Source: the human T2T-CHM13v2.0 reference genome, Homo sapiens
NCBI RefSeq assembly: GCF_009914755.1
Contig: NC_060927.1
Reading direction: 5' to 3' (one strand)
Length of the DNA: 64,000 bases
This document shows positions 13,011 through 27,158 of the stretch, piece after piece. The first letter of the stretch is position 1. Every line of letters begins with the position of its first letter. The translations under genes were made by a program, and so were the position numbers. The notes beneath the pieces are model-generated. The model saw only the letters and a list, made by a program, of their open reading frames with translations. It did not search any database and was not told the DNA's origin.

Positions 13011-14159
13011 CATGCCAGTGCTTACAGAGTTCTGTCACCTTTGTAACAAGGGAAACAAAGATGCATGGAGAGAGAGTTGACCAACAGAGGTTAGTGTTTG
13101 TGTAGCATATGGGAATGGAAAGTCAAAACAAAAGACGCCGGGTGGCAGTTTTCTCTCAAGACCACACCTTGGCTGGTTCTGTGGGTGGTGGGGTGAGCCG
13201 CCATTACTGGTGGCATTGTGGGTGTGATAAAGAGGCTGCTTCTGTCTTGTCCCCAGGGCAGATGTCACACAGGGACCCCAGTGGTCTGCTGAACCTGGAT
13301 GGGGCCTTGAGATCCTTCTTGCCACTGCGCTGTAGCAGCTCATCTCAGCCATGTGGGGTTGGCATCCAAGGTGAAACCCATTTGACATCCCTGGGCCAGA
13401 TGATTTCTGAAGATAGAGTTTTCAATTCTGAATCTCTGTTCTCAGTCCCTGATTTCAGAACACAGAATCTGTTAAGCTGTTTGTCTTTTTATGTCCTACT
13501 TTCTGTCTAGAATGACCTCCCTCTTTTTTTCTTACAAATTGCTCTGTTTAAAATTTAACTTAAGCATCTTTTCTGCTTACTGTTTGTCTTACCCAGAGGT
13601 CAACCTAATATCTTATATATCTCCGTATCCCCACCATCCAAGCCAGGACTTAGCCTTGAGAGATGCTCACCAAGTCAGTGTCAGATGGGTGGATGAACTG
13701 ACACCCATTGTGGGATTTAAAAATAAGTGGTTGACTGTTTAAGCACCTACTCATGCAGCAGGGCTCTGTCTGGATCAAGGCCCTGAACGGTACAGGGCCT
13801 TACCTCATTTGAGGCAGGGCCTTGCACAAGGCAGGAGCCCCACACAGGGCAGGGACTTTGTGGTAACCGAGGGTACAGATCTTAGCAGTGCTACCTGACG
13901 TGTGGCCTGGGTCGGATGACATAAATGCTGAGACACACTTCCCTTACTTCTAAAGGTTGTTTTGAGGGCATCATGAGGTAATTTGTTAAGCCTCTAGGAA
14001 AGTGTCAGGCACGTAGTAAGCACTCGATGCATGGTAGGTGTTGTTACATAGAAACTCACATTTTAGTGAGAGATTGGAGTGTAATAGCCAAAAGAGAGCA
14101 CATTCCTAGGTGCATAGAGTGTATCAGTGACTGAACCTGGAGCCAAGAAGGAAAGGGAC

Positions 14160-14690
14160 ACATAGGAGCCCACAGCTCTCCTTTTGGGGATGTATCCCAG
14201 AGAGATGCTCACCTGTGTGCATCAGCAGCCATGGGCACAAAGGGCACTGCAGCCCTGATTCTGAGTGTGGAAATCGGAGGCAGCCTCATACCTAGTGACA
14301 GGCAATGCGTAACACAATTCCCCCAACCCTGGAGCTCCAGACGACAGCTACGGTGTGCGCCGTGCATGCTGGCCTGCAAAGGTGCCAGAGACCTCTGGTT
14401 GGGGAAAAAGCGATTTGTAGTTTACAGTGCATGTGTACAGTTGACACACATATGGTAGGACCATCTCTGTTCTGTAGACATATTTATGTGATATAGAGAA
14501 AATGTCTGAAAAAGGTATGTTCCTGACGGGAGATAATAGTTATCTCTGGTTAGTTCGGAGAAGTTCAGGATTATAAAAAGGGTCAACAGGGACTATAGCT
14601 TTATCTGAAATGTTTATTTAAATATATATATTCACACACACACTCTCACGTATAGCTTGTATAATTAAAAATTAACAAGACTACAAACAC
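14160..14690 (+). mobile_element. Ancient L1 (L1ME-like) 3' fragments
   Basis: Degenerate L1 3' motifs such as 'ttttggggatgtatcccagagagatgctcac'. Confidence 0.45.
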
Positions 14691-15389
14691 AACCACAAGG
14701 AAAGGAACAATAATGACTTGGGCCAGGGGTGAGGGAGGTTCCCAGTGCAATTGGGCATCAGATCCCTAAGCTAAGGGTGACCCCATGAGACAGGCACTGT
14801 CCCCAGAGCTGGGTTCCTGGTTGTGTGAGTGGGAGAGACTGGGAGTGTGCTGTTTGCCAGTCAGGGCTTGGCTTCTGACCCTCTGAGGTGTATGAGGCAA
14901 TCTCCTTTCCTCGTGAACTTGAGCTGTGGTTTTGAAATGTCCTTTAACTGGGGACCTGGTGCTCAGTTTGCGGACATGTGAACACCTGAGGCACAGATGG
15001 GCTGTGATTCTGGGTGAAGCCAGAATGGGTGGGCCTGGAGGACCTCTCCTCCATGGACATGCTGAGGCTCTTGGGTCAGAAACCCAGCAGCCAGGAGCTG
15101 AGGTCGCAGGAAAGGTGGGTGCCTTTCCTTCCAGGCCTCCATCACCTGCCTTTCATTCAGGCCTGGCTCACTCACTTGCTCAGGAGCTGCTGGCCAGGTT
15201 TTTGCGTCTGTCATTTCATGTGTTAGTGGGGAGTAATGAGAGATGAAGCTTGCAGCAGTCAGTATAGCTTTTGTGCTGTCAGGTGCATCCAAATGCTCCA
15301 TCAGGAATGATGTTGAACCTTTACTGGAGTAAATGAAACTTAGGAATTAGGCAGTGGTTTTCTGCTCCTCATTCTGTCCTGTCACCACG

Positions 15390-15745
15390 AATAATCAAGT
15401 GCTGGGTGCCTGGCACTCCATTTGGGGCTGTGCTGTGCAGGCAGGCAGTAGACAGATTGGAGAGGCTCCAGAAGGAGAGACCAGAATGGTTAAAGGGTTG
15501 AAAAGGTAAACACACGGTTTGGGCCCCCAGGAAAGGAGAAGGCTGACCAGAGGGTGGAATTTTATTCCTCTGAGAAGGAAACATTGTCTGAATAGTATCA
15601 GGGCTACAGCCTTGGACTGCAGCTGTGAAAACTTAAGTTAGATCTAGCAAAGAACTTCCTGATTTGCAATGAGGCATTATAATGTGATAACCAAGGGAAG
15701 TTGTACAGCGCTCATCTTCCTGTGTAAATGTTTAAGAAAAGCAGC
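15390..15745 (+). mobile_element. L3/CR1 LINE fragment
   Basis: 'gacagattggagaggctccagaaggagagaccagaatggttaaagggttgaaa' and 'aagaacttcctga...ccaagggaagttg' resemble the CR1 3' region. Confidence 0.6.
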
Positions 15746-18700
15746 CATGTCACTCTGCACTAGGAATGTAGTATACAGCCAGCCCTCTTCCTCATCTGAC
15801 CATGAGCAGCAGAAGGGCTACTTCCTCTGCCACAGCATCAGTGTTCTGTCTCTGTCTCCCTTGGCTGGCAGGCAGGCAGCCAGCCACCATGCTTCTCCTA
15901 GGAAGTATCATAGTGGTTTTCTCTTGGACACTGCTTAGAGCAGGGAGGCCTTCCGCCTTTTAATGGCTTACTCTCATAACCCCTGCTCCAGCACCGGGGG
16001 CCACCATCCACAGAAGAGAGCCACGGAGGGCCTGGAGTGTATTTGCTGCATAACCTTCTTCCCCCTTATTTTTTTAAATCATCATTTCTCCTTAAAGACA
16101 GGATTAAATGATGGTGATCTAGAACTTAACCTCTGATTCAGTCCAGTCAGCCTTTCCTGAGGCTGGCTTGGTGGCGGGCTCTGTGCCAGAGAGGATATAT
16201 AACAATGGACGAGACCATCCTGGAGGCCCTTGCCTCCGCTGCAGAGCACAGACGCACTCCCAGCCACCGCGCTTGCGGTATCCCTACCTCCCTGCTTAGG
16301 ACTCTCGTTCCTCTAGGCTCAGCTCAAATGTGTCTTTCTTTATAAAACTGAAAGGCTCTCTAAAATCCTCCTGGCCCACCCAAGACAGAGTTAGCTCTGC
16401 CCTCTTTACTGCCCCCAGAGAACCTGGGAGGCCCAGGGACAATACATGGCTGCCACTTACATGTCTGTTTTGTACTTACATATTCAGGCATTGCATTTTG
16501 CTAGATGATAGGCTCTTTGCAGACAGGAACCTTGTTTTATTCATCTTTGTATCCTCAGGGTCCAATACTTATGAACTCAAGGAATACCAAATGGAGGAAG
16601 AAATACCCCATGACAGATGGTGAGTGCCGCAGCTGTGAATGAGGAAAGCACTCCCACAACAGAGAGGATGGCAGGACTAGCTTTGCCTGAGTAGTGTGGC
16701 CTCAGAGATGAAATGACCTTGTGCTGAGCCAAGGTGAAGTGGACCAGGGCAGGCTGTGCAGCCAGGGGTCATTGTGAGTGGAGACTCAGTTGGGCCTCTC
16801 TTCCTGGAGTATTAGGGGAAAGATGGGGACCAGGCATGCTGGTCAAGAAGCAAACATCCGAGAGGGTAGAGATGAGGCTGGTGGGACAGGGTGGTCCCAA
16901 TGTGAAGAGCCTTTGGTGCATTCTAAAGAATTCGAGATTCATCCTGCAGGCAGTGGCAAGTCATAAAAAAGGCTTTTAAGCAGGGAATTGATATGATTGG
17001 ATTTGTGTTTTAGAAAGAGATCTGGCAGCATTTGGGAGAACCAAGCAGTAATGATGTTGAGAGCAGAGACAACACTGCCAGCCAGGAATGACTCACCCAT
17101 TGCACAGATATTCCACTCCCACGCCGGCACTGTTCTGGGAATACGGTTGTGAACCGGCAGGAGGCTTCCTGCTCTCAGGGCAGAGAGACAAATGGTCAGC
17201 AACAAAATAAGATGATTTTATACAAAGTGCAATGAAGAGGGAACAGTCGGGTAATGTGAGAGAGGACAGCCAGGACTCTGTCCATCTGAGGATCAGGGTG
17301 ATCTCTGACATTCAAGCAGAACTGAGCTGGGCAAATACCTGACTACTGTGAGATTCTGGCCTCTAAGCAGCAGCTGTGGCCAAAAGGAGAGCTGGGCCCT
17401 GAGGGAGGTGGCTAGAGAGGTGGCTGGGGAGCTGGCAAGCGCAGGGCAGCAGGGAGGCTCCTGACCAAGGCATGGGGCATGCGCTGAACATGAGCATCAG
17501 GAGCGTTCGTCTGCTGTCCACCACCAGGGATGTGTGTGGAGCAAGGGCCCCCTAACTGTCCCAGTGCCCAAACGAGGGGGCACAGGAAGCTGTCTGGGGG
17601 GTGGTGGGCTCAGCACAGTCCTGTTGGGTTCTAAATGCTGAAGTGTGTGCAGAGGGCGTCTCATCCAGCCAGCTCTGAAAGTGGCAGCTGCAGGCTTAAG
17701 GGGAAGGGCAGCCCCACTGTGCACAGGCTTCAGCCCAGTGCTTTCTGAGTGCTCAGAGATCCATGACTCAAAAAACTGGGCTTAGAGACTACAATTTATT
17801 AATCCCCTCCCCTCGACTGAAATGAAAATGGCATTTCATTCCCAGCTCTATTAATGGACTCACTTCCGGAATAAAGCCAGCGTCCCCACAGGCAATGGCT
17901 GGGGTTCTTCTCCTTTGTGTCACTTTTGTTTTCTTTTGAGTGTTACATTTAGATTAGCTTCTGGAGGGATTAAATGTTATTACAGTTGAGGAATCTTTTT
18001 TTCTTTTTTTAATCAGTAGAGAGGTTACCGCTTAGCATCATTGCTGTTAGATTTATTTTCTTAAGTCTTGCAGCTTCCCCTATTCCTGTTCTTTAGAGAA
18101 AGCTTTGCATCAGTTATGTCTAGTTATTTGCGCCTTGAGGGAGCAGCCCTCATCACAGACAGGGCCTTTCCATCCGCAAGGCAGAGCTGACGCACCCCTG
18201 CAAGATGCCCCATGTGGTGTGCACACACAGCTCCTGAGGACACTGCCCTGGGGGCAGGGGTAGGAAGTTGTTCATTGGTAAAGCGTTTCCCTCAGGTCTG
18301 CCTACAGTAGACCATAGTACTCAACCCAGGGAGGCTGCAGCAGCTCCAGGCTGCGATGACTTCCGTGAGAGCCCACCAGAGGGACTGCTGTGGCAGAGGC
18401 TGGTGAGACCCATCTCCTGGCATCTGGTTCTTATTGGACCAGGGTGGATGTTGCAGAAAGACTGATTTCTTCTGCGGCATTGTGTAAAAGCATATCCATC
18501 TTACCAGACCTTGAAGTTTAAAGGTTAGAGACAGGTATCAGGTGATTGTTTTCAGGATCTGATAGCCTCTAGACCATGGGAAGAAAGTTCACATTCAGGG
18601 CTGGTTGGGGTCTCCACCCACCACCATCACAGAGCCCTCTGTGTCTCTGTACATGCCTGCCAGGAGAGCCAAGCCTGAAGGGTTCACCATCAAAGGAATT

Positions 18701-19180
18701 GTGTCCCCAGTGCAGGCTGGCCGCACGTCACCTGTGGCACTCCATTCATGCCTGCCCCATGGTGGCAGCTCCAAGCTAGAGTAAAGCCCTGTGAGACCTA
18801 GCTTGCCTATAACTGTTGGTCACTGGTTTTGTTTGTTTGTTTCTGGTGTAGCTAGATCCAGGAGAGTGAAGTCCAGGATTCTAACACTAGTCCAGTCTCC
18901 CTGGGAAGCGGAGGCTCTCTATCTCCACTGAGCCATACTTTCTGAGAAAGCACTATGTGTTCCAACGTCATCATTCCCACTGTCCCCACCACCACACACA
19001 CACAGATGAGGTCCTGAGTAACTGCTTAGTGGCATCCCTGAAACTGCAGGCCCCGTAGCTGGATGGACCCTCAGAGTCATCTAATCCAGTTAGATACAGG
19101 TTGGGGTCATTCATGTGTGGTCACCCTGGGAACTCTACTTCCTCTGCTGGAACAAGTTCAGTTGCCAGTGCCCATCCTCA

Positions 19181-19266
19181 CACCTCCCATTTCATCTCTG
19201 TATAGCCCTGGCTGTTAGAAAAGAACTCTCTCTGATGGAAACAGCTCAGGGCTGACTCTTGGGAGC
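19181..19266 (+). repeat. 86-bp dispersed direct repeat, copy 1 (copy 2 at 21082-21167)
   Basis: 83 of 86 bases identical by direct comparison. Confidence 0.95.
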
Positions 19267-19762
19267 TTCCTAGTTCTGCCCCCTGAGGCTTTATAGAGCA
19301 CAGTGACAAAGTACCTGTGCATGCAGCTGGGCAGATATCTGAAGATAACTTTTATGTCCCCCGTGTCTTCCTTTTCCTTCAACTTTATCCTTCTCTGACT
19401 CATCCAGTGAAGCAGACACCTGACTTGGAGTCCCTGTCTCCTCTCCACCTGCTCCCTTTTAGAATTGGGCTCTGGGGAGCCAGAGCAGATAAGCAGCCAG
19501 AATGCAGTGCAGGCATCGTCTCTCTTGTCTGGTGGCTGATCTCTGTCAGCAGCATGTACACTGGGTTGCAGCACTGAACTCACCATGTTGTCTGCTGTCT
19601 CCTTGGCTGGGCCCAGTAACTATTCATATAAAGCTTCCTGTGAACTCGCCTCCATGCATGGCTACTAAGTGCCCTGTTTAGACTTGAGTACAGGACCTTA
19701 TGTTTATTCCCAGTAAACTTCATTCTGGTAGATTCAGTTCAGCCCATAGAATGATTATTTGA

Positions 19763-20090
<328 letters not shown>

Positions 20091-21081
20091 CCTTCCAACT
20101 CTTTTATATAAACCTGCTAAGTATGCCTTCCCCAACTAAGTCATTGATGAAAATGTTAAGTTGTACAAAAATGAGGACCTCCATTAAAGCTGACCTCATC
20201 CATCTAGGTACAGTGATCCATCTAGTTCCTAACATACCTCCTTGGATATCCAACCCATGTTATTTCTTTCCCACTAGGCTGGATCATGAAGGATCCTCTC
20301 TAATAATGTAGGAAGTGTCTGGAGCTCTCAGGCCGCTGCATGCCCCGTCTCCTAATCAGGATCCCTGTTAGAAGGGAAGAGGAGGGAATGTGGTTTGACA
20401 TGTTTCCAACAGACTCTTCTCTTCTTAGTGATCACCTCTTCCTTTTCCATGTACTCCAAACCAGCCTCTTTATGAAACCATTCAAGACTCCAGCTTAGGC
20501 TCTGCCTTCATTTGATAGAATGTACCCTTTTGAAAATCCCGACATTGAAGACTTCCTTTCTAGTTTTCCTTTGTTTCCCATTCTCGAGAATTCTGTAAAG
20601 GTGACCCGCAGTAGCTTGGTGGTCCAGCCATAGTTCTCTTGGTATTCCTGGGCACAGTTGAGTGGACTGAGAAGGCTGCAGTCATGGGAAGTCACTTGGC
20701 CCTCTCTGGCCATCTTCCCTTCCACAAAGACTTTCCACACTGTCATACTTCACTGCCAGCATTTGTTCTGTCTTCTGGGAGGTGGTCAGGTAGAAATAGA
20801 AAACATGGGCTTTGGAGCAGAAAACCTAAAGTCAAATCCTGGCTGTGCCTCTCACTTGTTGTGTGGAGTTTGGTTGGTAACTCCCTCTAAGCCTCAGTTT
20901 TCTCTTCTGTAAAAGGGGTGAGCCATCCATTGTTCACAGGATGGTTGTGAGGGCTGAGTAAGGAAACCTCTATCCATCCCTACCCCTTCCCTTCTCTCTT
21001 TGAACTCCGAAGCTCTTATCTCCTTTAGAAGCAAAACAAGAGGTGCTGTTTCAGCACCCATTCTAGCTCAGCCACACCCAG

Positions 21082-21167
21082 CACCTCCCATTTCATCTCT
21101 GTACAGCTCTGGCTGTTAGAAAAGAACTCTCTCTGATGGAAACAGCTCAGGGCTGGCTCTTGGGAGC
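21082..21167 (+). repeat. 86-bp dispersed direct repeat, copy 2
   Basis: Matches 19181-19266 with 3 substitutions. Confidence 0.95.
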
Positions 21168-23605
21168 GCCCATCTCTTCCTATCTGCCAAAGGCCCCCAG
21201 CCTGGAGTGTCTACAGTGAGGTCTTCCCGTCCCGCTGCACTCCCTACTGCTGCCCAGACTGGCTGCCCTGTCATCAGAAAGTCCTGGGGCGGCCGGCTCT
21301 CTTCCTGCTCTGTGGGGGCAGGCCTTGGTGGAGCAGGGCGCCAAGGGAAACATGAGGCTTTGCTTCCCACCGTCACTGCCCAGCACCCAAAGCCCTGACT
21401 GGCCGCACCCCTGGGGACACCCTCCACCTACCTTCCCATGGAAAGAGTTGAGGTTCTTTGTGGAGTCAGCCTTGGGTTTCCCAGGGACCAGGGGCAGGGA
21501 GTGCCCTTTTTCCTTTTGTTGGTTTAGCTGAGGTTCAGCACATGAAGGTGGAATTCGCAGCAGGCCTTTCCTTCCCCTCCTGGGCCCAGCACAGGCTGGT
21601 GGGATGTGCTTGCTGGGTTGCCTGCTTCTGCAGAGCCGACCCAGCCTCATCCGCCAGTCCCTGGTCTTGGTGAGGCTGCTGCAGGGCAGCCTGCTCCCTG
21701 TTATGGCCCTGTTTACACGGTCTGTGCTCCTCACAGTGTGGCCCTGCGACTGACACGGAGCCCAGGGCAGCTTGAGGAGCCGGTAAACTTTGACTTTGGG
21801 CTCTTTCACCTCAGGCAGCTACCTGAGTCTGCCCCCCAGGTCATTTTAGGTAGACATGCCAAACACTCCCCTTTCTTCTTAGTGCCCCTTGACATACATA
21901 CCTCCCAGTTAGTTACCCACCTTGGGACCTTTCTAAGCTCCCCTTCTTAGTCCTCTGTTCCAAGCTGATTACCAGGAGAATTGGTATCTTAGTCAATAGT
22001 GTTTACTCCAGAATACCAGCTTACAGGCCCCTGGTGTATTCTGCACTTGAAAAGAGGGGCCAGGACAAACTGTTCACAACAGAAAGGCTCGTCTCATCTC
22101 ATCTCACTTAAACCCGCCTGGGACGGGGAGCCCTCACCCCATTTTTTTGATGAGGAAGTGAGGCTCAGCTAGGCTGACGCATCCTAAGTTGCTGGGCTGG
22201 AAGCGGCAGAGCCAGGATTCAGGGCCTGGTCCTTCTTGTCCTCAGCCAGGCACACAGGTTTCACCCTGCAGGCACCCGAAGTTCAGAATCACTGAGGCGG
22301 ATGTTTATCTAAGAGCACGGAGGCTCCAGTGAGATGTGCATTCCTCTTGTTGTCTTCTTTTAGAGGAGAGAGGGGCTTCAGAGCCTTCACCATGCCCTGC
22401 TGCCCGTAGCACCTCTCGGTAGCCCTGATAACACCACGCTTTGCAGATCTGCCTGTGCCAGTGTGCTGTGACCCTGGTTTGTGGTGGCCCATAGACCACT
22501 TGCCTCAGAATCATGGAATAGAGTCCTGGGCCCCACCCCAAGCGAGGCCCTTGGAATCTGCCATGTAAACAAACTCCTAAGTGATTGCTATGAGTCCTGG
22601 AGTTTAGATCAACTGCCAAACTGAATGTATTCCAGCCAGCAAATTAATCACTTCCCCAGGAAATCCCCCCAGGGAAAGCCTCTAAATCCATCCTGACTTC
22701 TGAACTGCCTCAAAGAGATCTGTTACTTTTTCCTCTGGTGAGGAGGCCTTCCCCCACCCCGCTTCTTCCCAGAGTTAGGGCCCAGAGAACGTCATCCTGA
22801 GCCTTGAGTCCAGAGAGCCTGTGGTGGGCGACCAGCAGCCCTGCAGAGAGCCTGAGCCCTTCCCGCAGGAAGGAGGGCTGTCCTTGTGGCTTAAGGGTTG
22901 GCACTGGCACTGGCTCCTCAGGCTGGCACATGCCTTCCTGCTGCCTTGCTGGCATGGCAGAATGGCACATGTGCCCAGTGACCAGATCGGGCTGACACAG
23001 CTGGGCACACTCAGTGCACGGGCGCAAGAAGGGCCCTTGGAGCCTCCCTGTCCGTTTGCTGAGCAGGCCCAGGGCAGGCGGGGCTTCTCTGGATGTTATT
23101 TAGCAGCAGCCCTGGCTGCCGCTGGGCTGAGGGTCCTAGGTTGCCCTATTTGAAGATTGTTGTTTACTGCTTCTGAAAGGAGCATGGTCCTTGTGGGGTG
23201 GGGTGAGGCTCTGGGTGACTGCTGAGGGAGCCTGGGGTCCGGGAGGGAGGGGTGTCTGGAGAGTGAGATCATGTCTGTGCTATTACTGGACTGACCCACG
23301 GTTCTGAAAAGTCACCTCACACTGTGAGCCTCATCTCTTCATCTATGTCATGACATAGTTGGACCACAGAGTCTCTAAGACCCTTCTGGAATGGAAGCCC
23401 TACCTGCTTCCATAGGCCCCTCTTCTTGCCTCTCCGAAGCCTGGTACAACCTCCCCTTATACTTGTGCTGTAGGGGTCGTTTGTTCCCCAAGGCTTCTCT
23501 GGTAGGCTGGGTCCTCAACCCTCATTTCCTACCATTTCCAGGAGTGAGATGAATGAATGGCTCAGGAAGCTTTTGGTGGCAAGTTAAATTTCATCTCAAT
23601 ATTCT

Positions 23606-23997
23606 TGTATTATCCATTTGCATTGCTGTAAAGGAATACTTGAGGCTGGGTAATTTATAAAGAAAAGAGGTTTATTTGGCTCATGGTCCTACAGGCTGTA
23701 CAGGCCTGAAACCAGCATCTTCTCAGCTTCTGGGGAGGCCTCAGGAAGCTTACAATTATGGAGGAAGGCAAAGAAGGAGCCGGTGTGTCACATGGCAAAA
23801 GACAGAGCAAGAGAGATGCCAGGCTCTTTTAAATAATCAACTCTCATTATTCGCTCATTACCATGGGGAGGGCACCAAGCCATTCATGAGGGACCCCGAC
23901 CCCTATGACCCAGACACCTCCCACCAGACCCACCTCCAACACTGGGGAGTCACATTTCAACATGAGATTTGGAGACTGAAATATCCAAACCACATCA
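23606..23997 (-). mobile_element. MaLR solo LTR (MSTB-like) with a 5-bp TSD
   Basis: TG...CA termini. Body includes 'ggctgggtaatttataaagaaaagaggtttatttggctca' and 'catttcaacatgagatttgg'. ATTCT is duplicated at 23601-23605 and 23998-24002. Confidence 0.9.
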
Positions 23998-24695
23998 ATT
24001 CTTCATTCACACTTCATGTTTTTTAAAACTTCTATAAGGAGTGAATAAAATCATCTTTAGAAAATTTGATGTTTTTATTTATCTTTAACATACAAGCCAG
24101 TGAAAACTGATTGCAGCATCAAAATACCCCCTTCTCCACACATACTGTCTCTCTCACACATGCATGCATTCATGCACTCTCACACTCGCTCTGCCTATAA
24201 CCAGAGAGCTTGCCCGTTCTGTGTTGGGATTCTGCGCTCTTCTCCTGTCAGCGGCCTCAGCCTTGAGCATTTCCCTGGGCTCAAGGTCTGAGAACCTGGA
24301 TTGAGCTCACAGAAGTCAGACCACTGGAGTGCAAGCATGGAAAAGCCCCTGGTCTATGTGTAGACATATTTATTTGCAGCTACAGAGGATATATTAGGAG
24401 TCAAAGACAAGCTCCTACCAGCAGATTCCTAAAGGATGTTTGTGCTGTAAAAGATGACTGGTTATCTGGGTTCTTTGAATTTCACAGAGATAGATGAATT
24501 GCCTTCCAGACTTTTCTATGATAACAGTTGTCAGGAATGCCCGGGAGTTTTACTTAAGCTAACAAATGATTACCCTTCCCATTAGCTCTACAAACAGGCC
24601 CCTAATTAGTGAATTGGCTAATGACAGCTGCCTCTGGGGTCATTAGTCCTGACAGACAGTGCTGCAGTGTTCCGGGCACTGTGTCACTGTCATGA

Positions 24696-25073
<378 letters not shown>

Positions 25074-26573
25074 TTCCCACCTCACTTTTTACCTTTTATG
25101 TCATCTCCTGGGTCATGTAAATTAACACCTACTTCAGATGGGTATGGATTTCTAAATATGGATTAAACATGGATTTTTAAAATAAAGGAGGACTGAGGAA
25201 ATGGTCACATCAATTCTGGACGAGAAGACAGTTTTTATGAAACAGTTCCATTTTAAAGACACGTCTAATCAGAGTTGGGAATCGTTTTGGAAAGAATATC
25301 TATCTTGCCATTCGTTCCAGGGTTTACTTGTGAGCACGAATCACCTGCTGTCTCCGGCCACCTGGGATGCTCAGCCAGTGCCTTTGGAAACATTTCTGCC
25401 TTGAATGTCAGGTAGTGGTGAGCGGGATGGCAGGGCTGGCATGAGGCAGAGGGCTCAGTGTATCCCAGATGTGGTGTTCCCTTTTGAGAGCCTCCCTCCC
25501 TCAAGATGAGCAGGTGTTAAGGCTGGCCTCATCTGTATCCCTCCTGACCGCTTAGGTGATCTTGAAGTGTGGACCCTCCTGGGACACACAGCATCTCCTG
25601 ACCAAGCTCAGCCCCAGAATAACTAGTCTGGAAGGCCCAGGCTTACATGATAACCAGGTTAAGTCCCAGGCTGATGTTCCATAGACAAGGACAGCATTGC
25701 ATGGTTGAAGCACAGAAAAGTTCTGGGGCTGGTGAGTGCAGAGTGGGATAGCTATTGTAACAGAAAGGCGTTCTGCACTCAGGTTTTGTTACTATGCAGA
25801 TTCCTGCTACATCAGCTCAAAACCGTGTGCGGCTTAGTCTAAATGCCTATTTAAGCAAAGGCCAAAAGTCTGTTTGAAGATATAAAGGGAAAAATAGTGT
25901 TCATAATACAAAGCTTGAGGCTAGTCATAGATGTACAATTTCCACGCAGTAAAAGTGAGTAATGAAACTGCATTTAATTGTTCAAAAGTAGCAGAAATGC
26001 ATCTTTAAGAATTAAAAACTACAAAAAGGTGATTATACAGCATAGCAAATCTCTAACATGGATTAAACAGAATTGTTTAGGAGATAAAATACCAGCATGA
26101 ACATGCATTTTGAAAGAGGGAAGAACAATGCTGGGTTTAGGTAGGGAGAGCCCAGCTTCTGCTTTTGCTTGGGACTGATGTGGCAGGAAGTTGCTGGTTC
26201 ATGGCCCAGGAAATCCATAGATGGAAAGACCTTGGCCGCTCCTATGGAATGTACATATGTACTTGACCTGTGTAAAATGGATTATACAGGGCATCCCCAA
26301 ACCTAACAGGTGCCTGCATCTGGGAAGCCAGCTTGTGCTGTGAAATTCCCACAACCTTAGATCAGCCTTTCCTCTCAGCCAGGTGAACCTAGGTTCACAT
26401 CCTCCTCCTGCGACTCCTTAGCCTAGATCCTGGGACAAGTGGCTCAACTGTGCTGACTCTGGTTCCTCATCTGTGTAGAGGGGTGGTGATGCTGCCCTTG
26501 CAGAGCGAAGGGGAGGATAATATGAGATCATGTTCATAGAATACGAGGCCAGAGCTTGGCTTAGAAATGTTAG

Positions 26574-27158
<585 letters not shown>

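Noticed and set aside
18372-18386. CTCF-like CCACCAGAGGGAC (similar partial matches near 35525 and 41864)
   Set aside because: Mismatches at core positions. Such partial matches are common by chance and cannot be supported without ChIP data.
21180-21809. 209-aa antisense ORF
   Set aside because: Non-ATG start, no domain, and composition typical of random GC-rich DNA.
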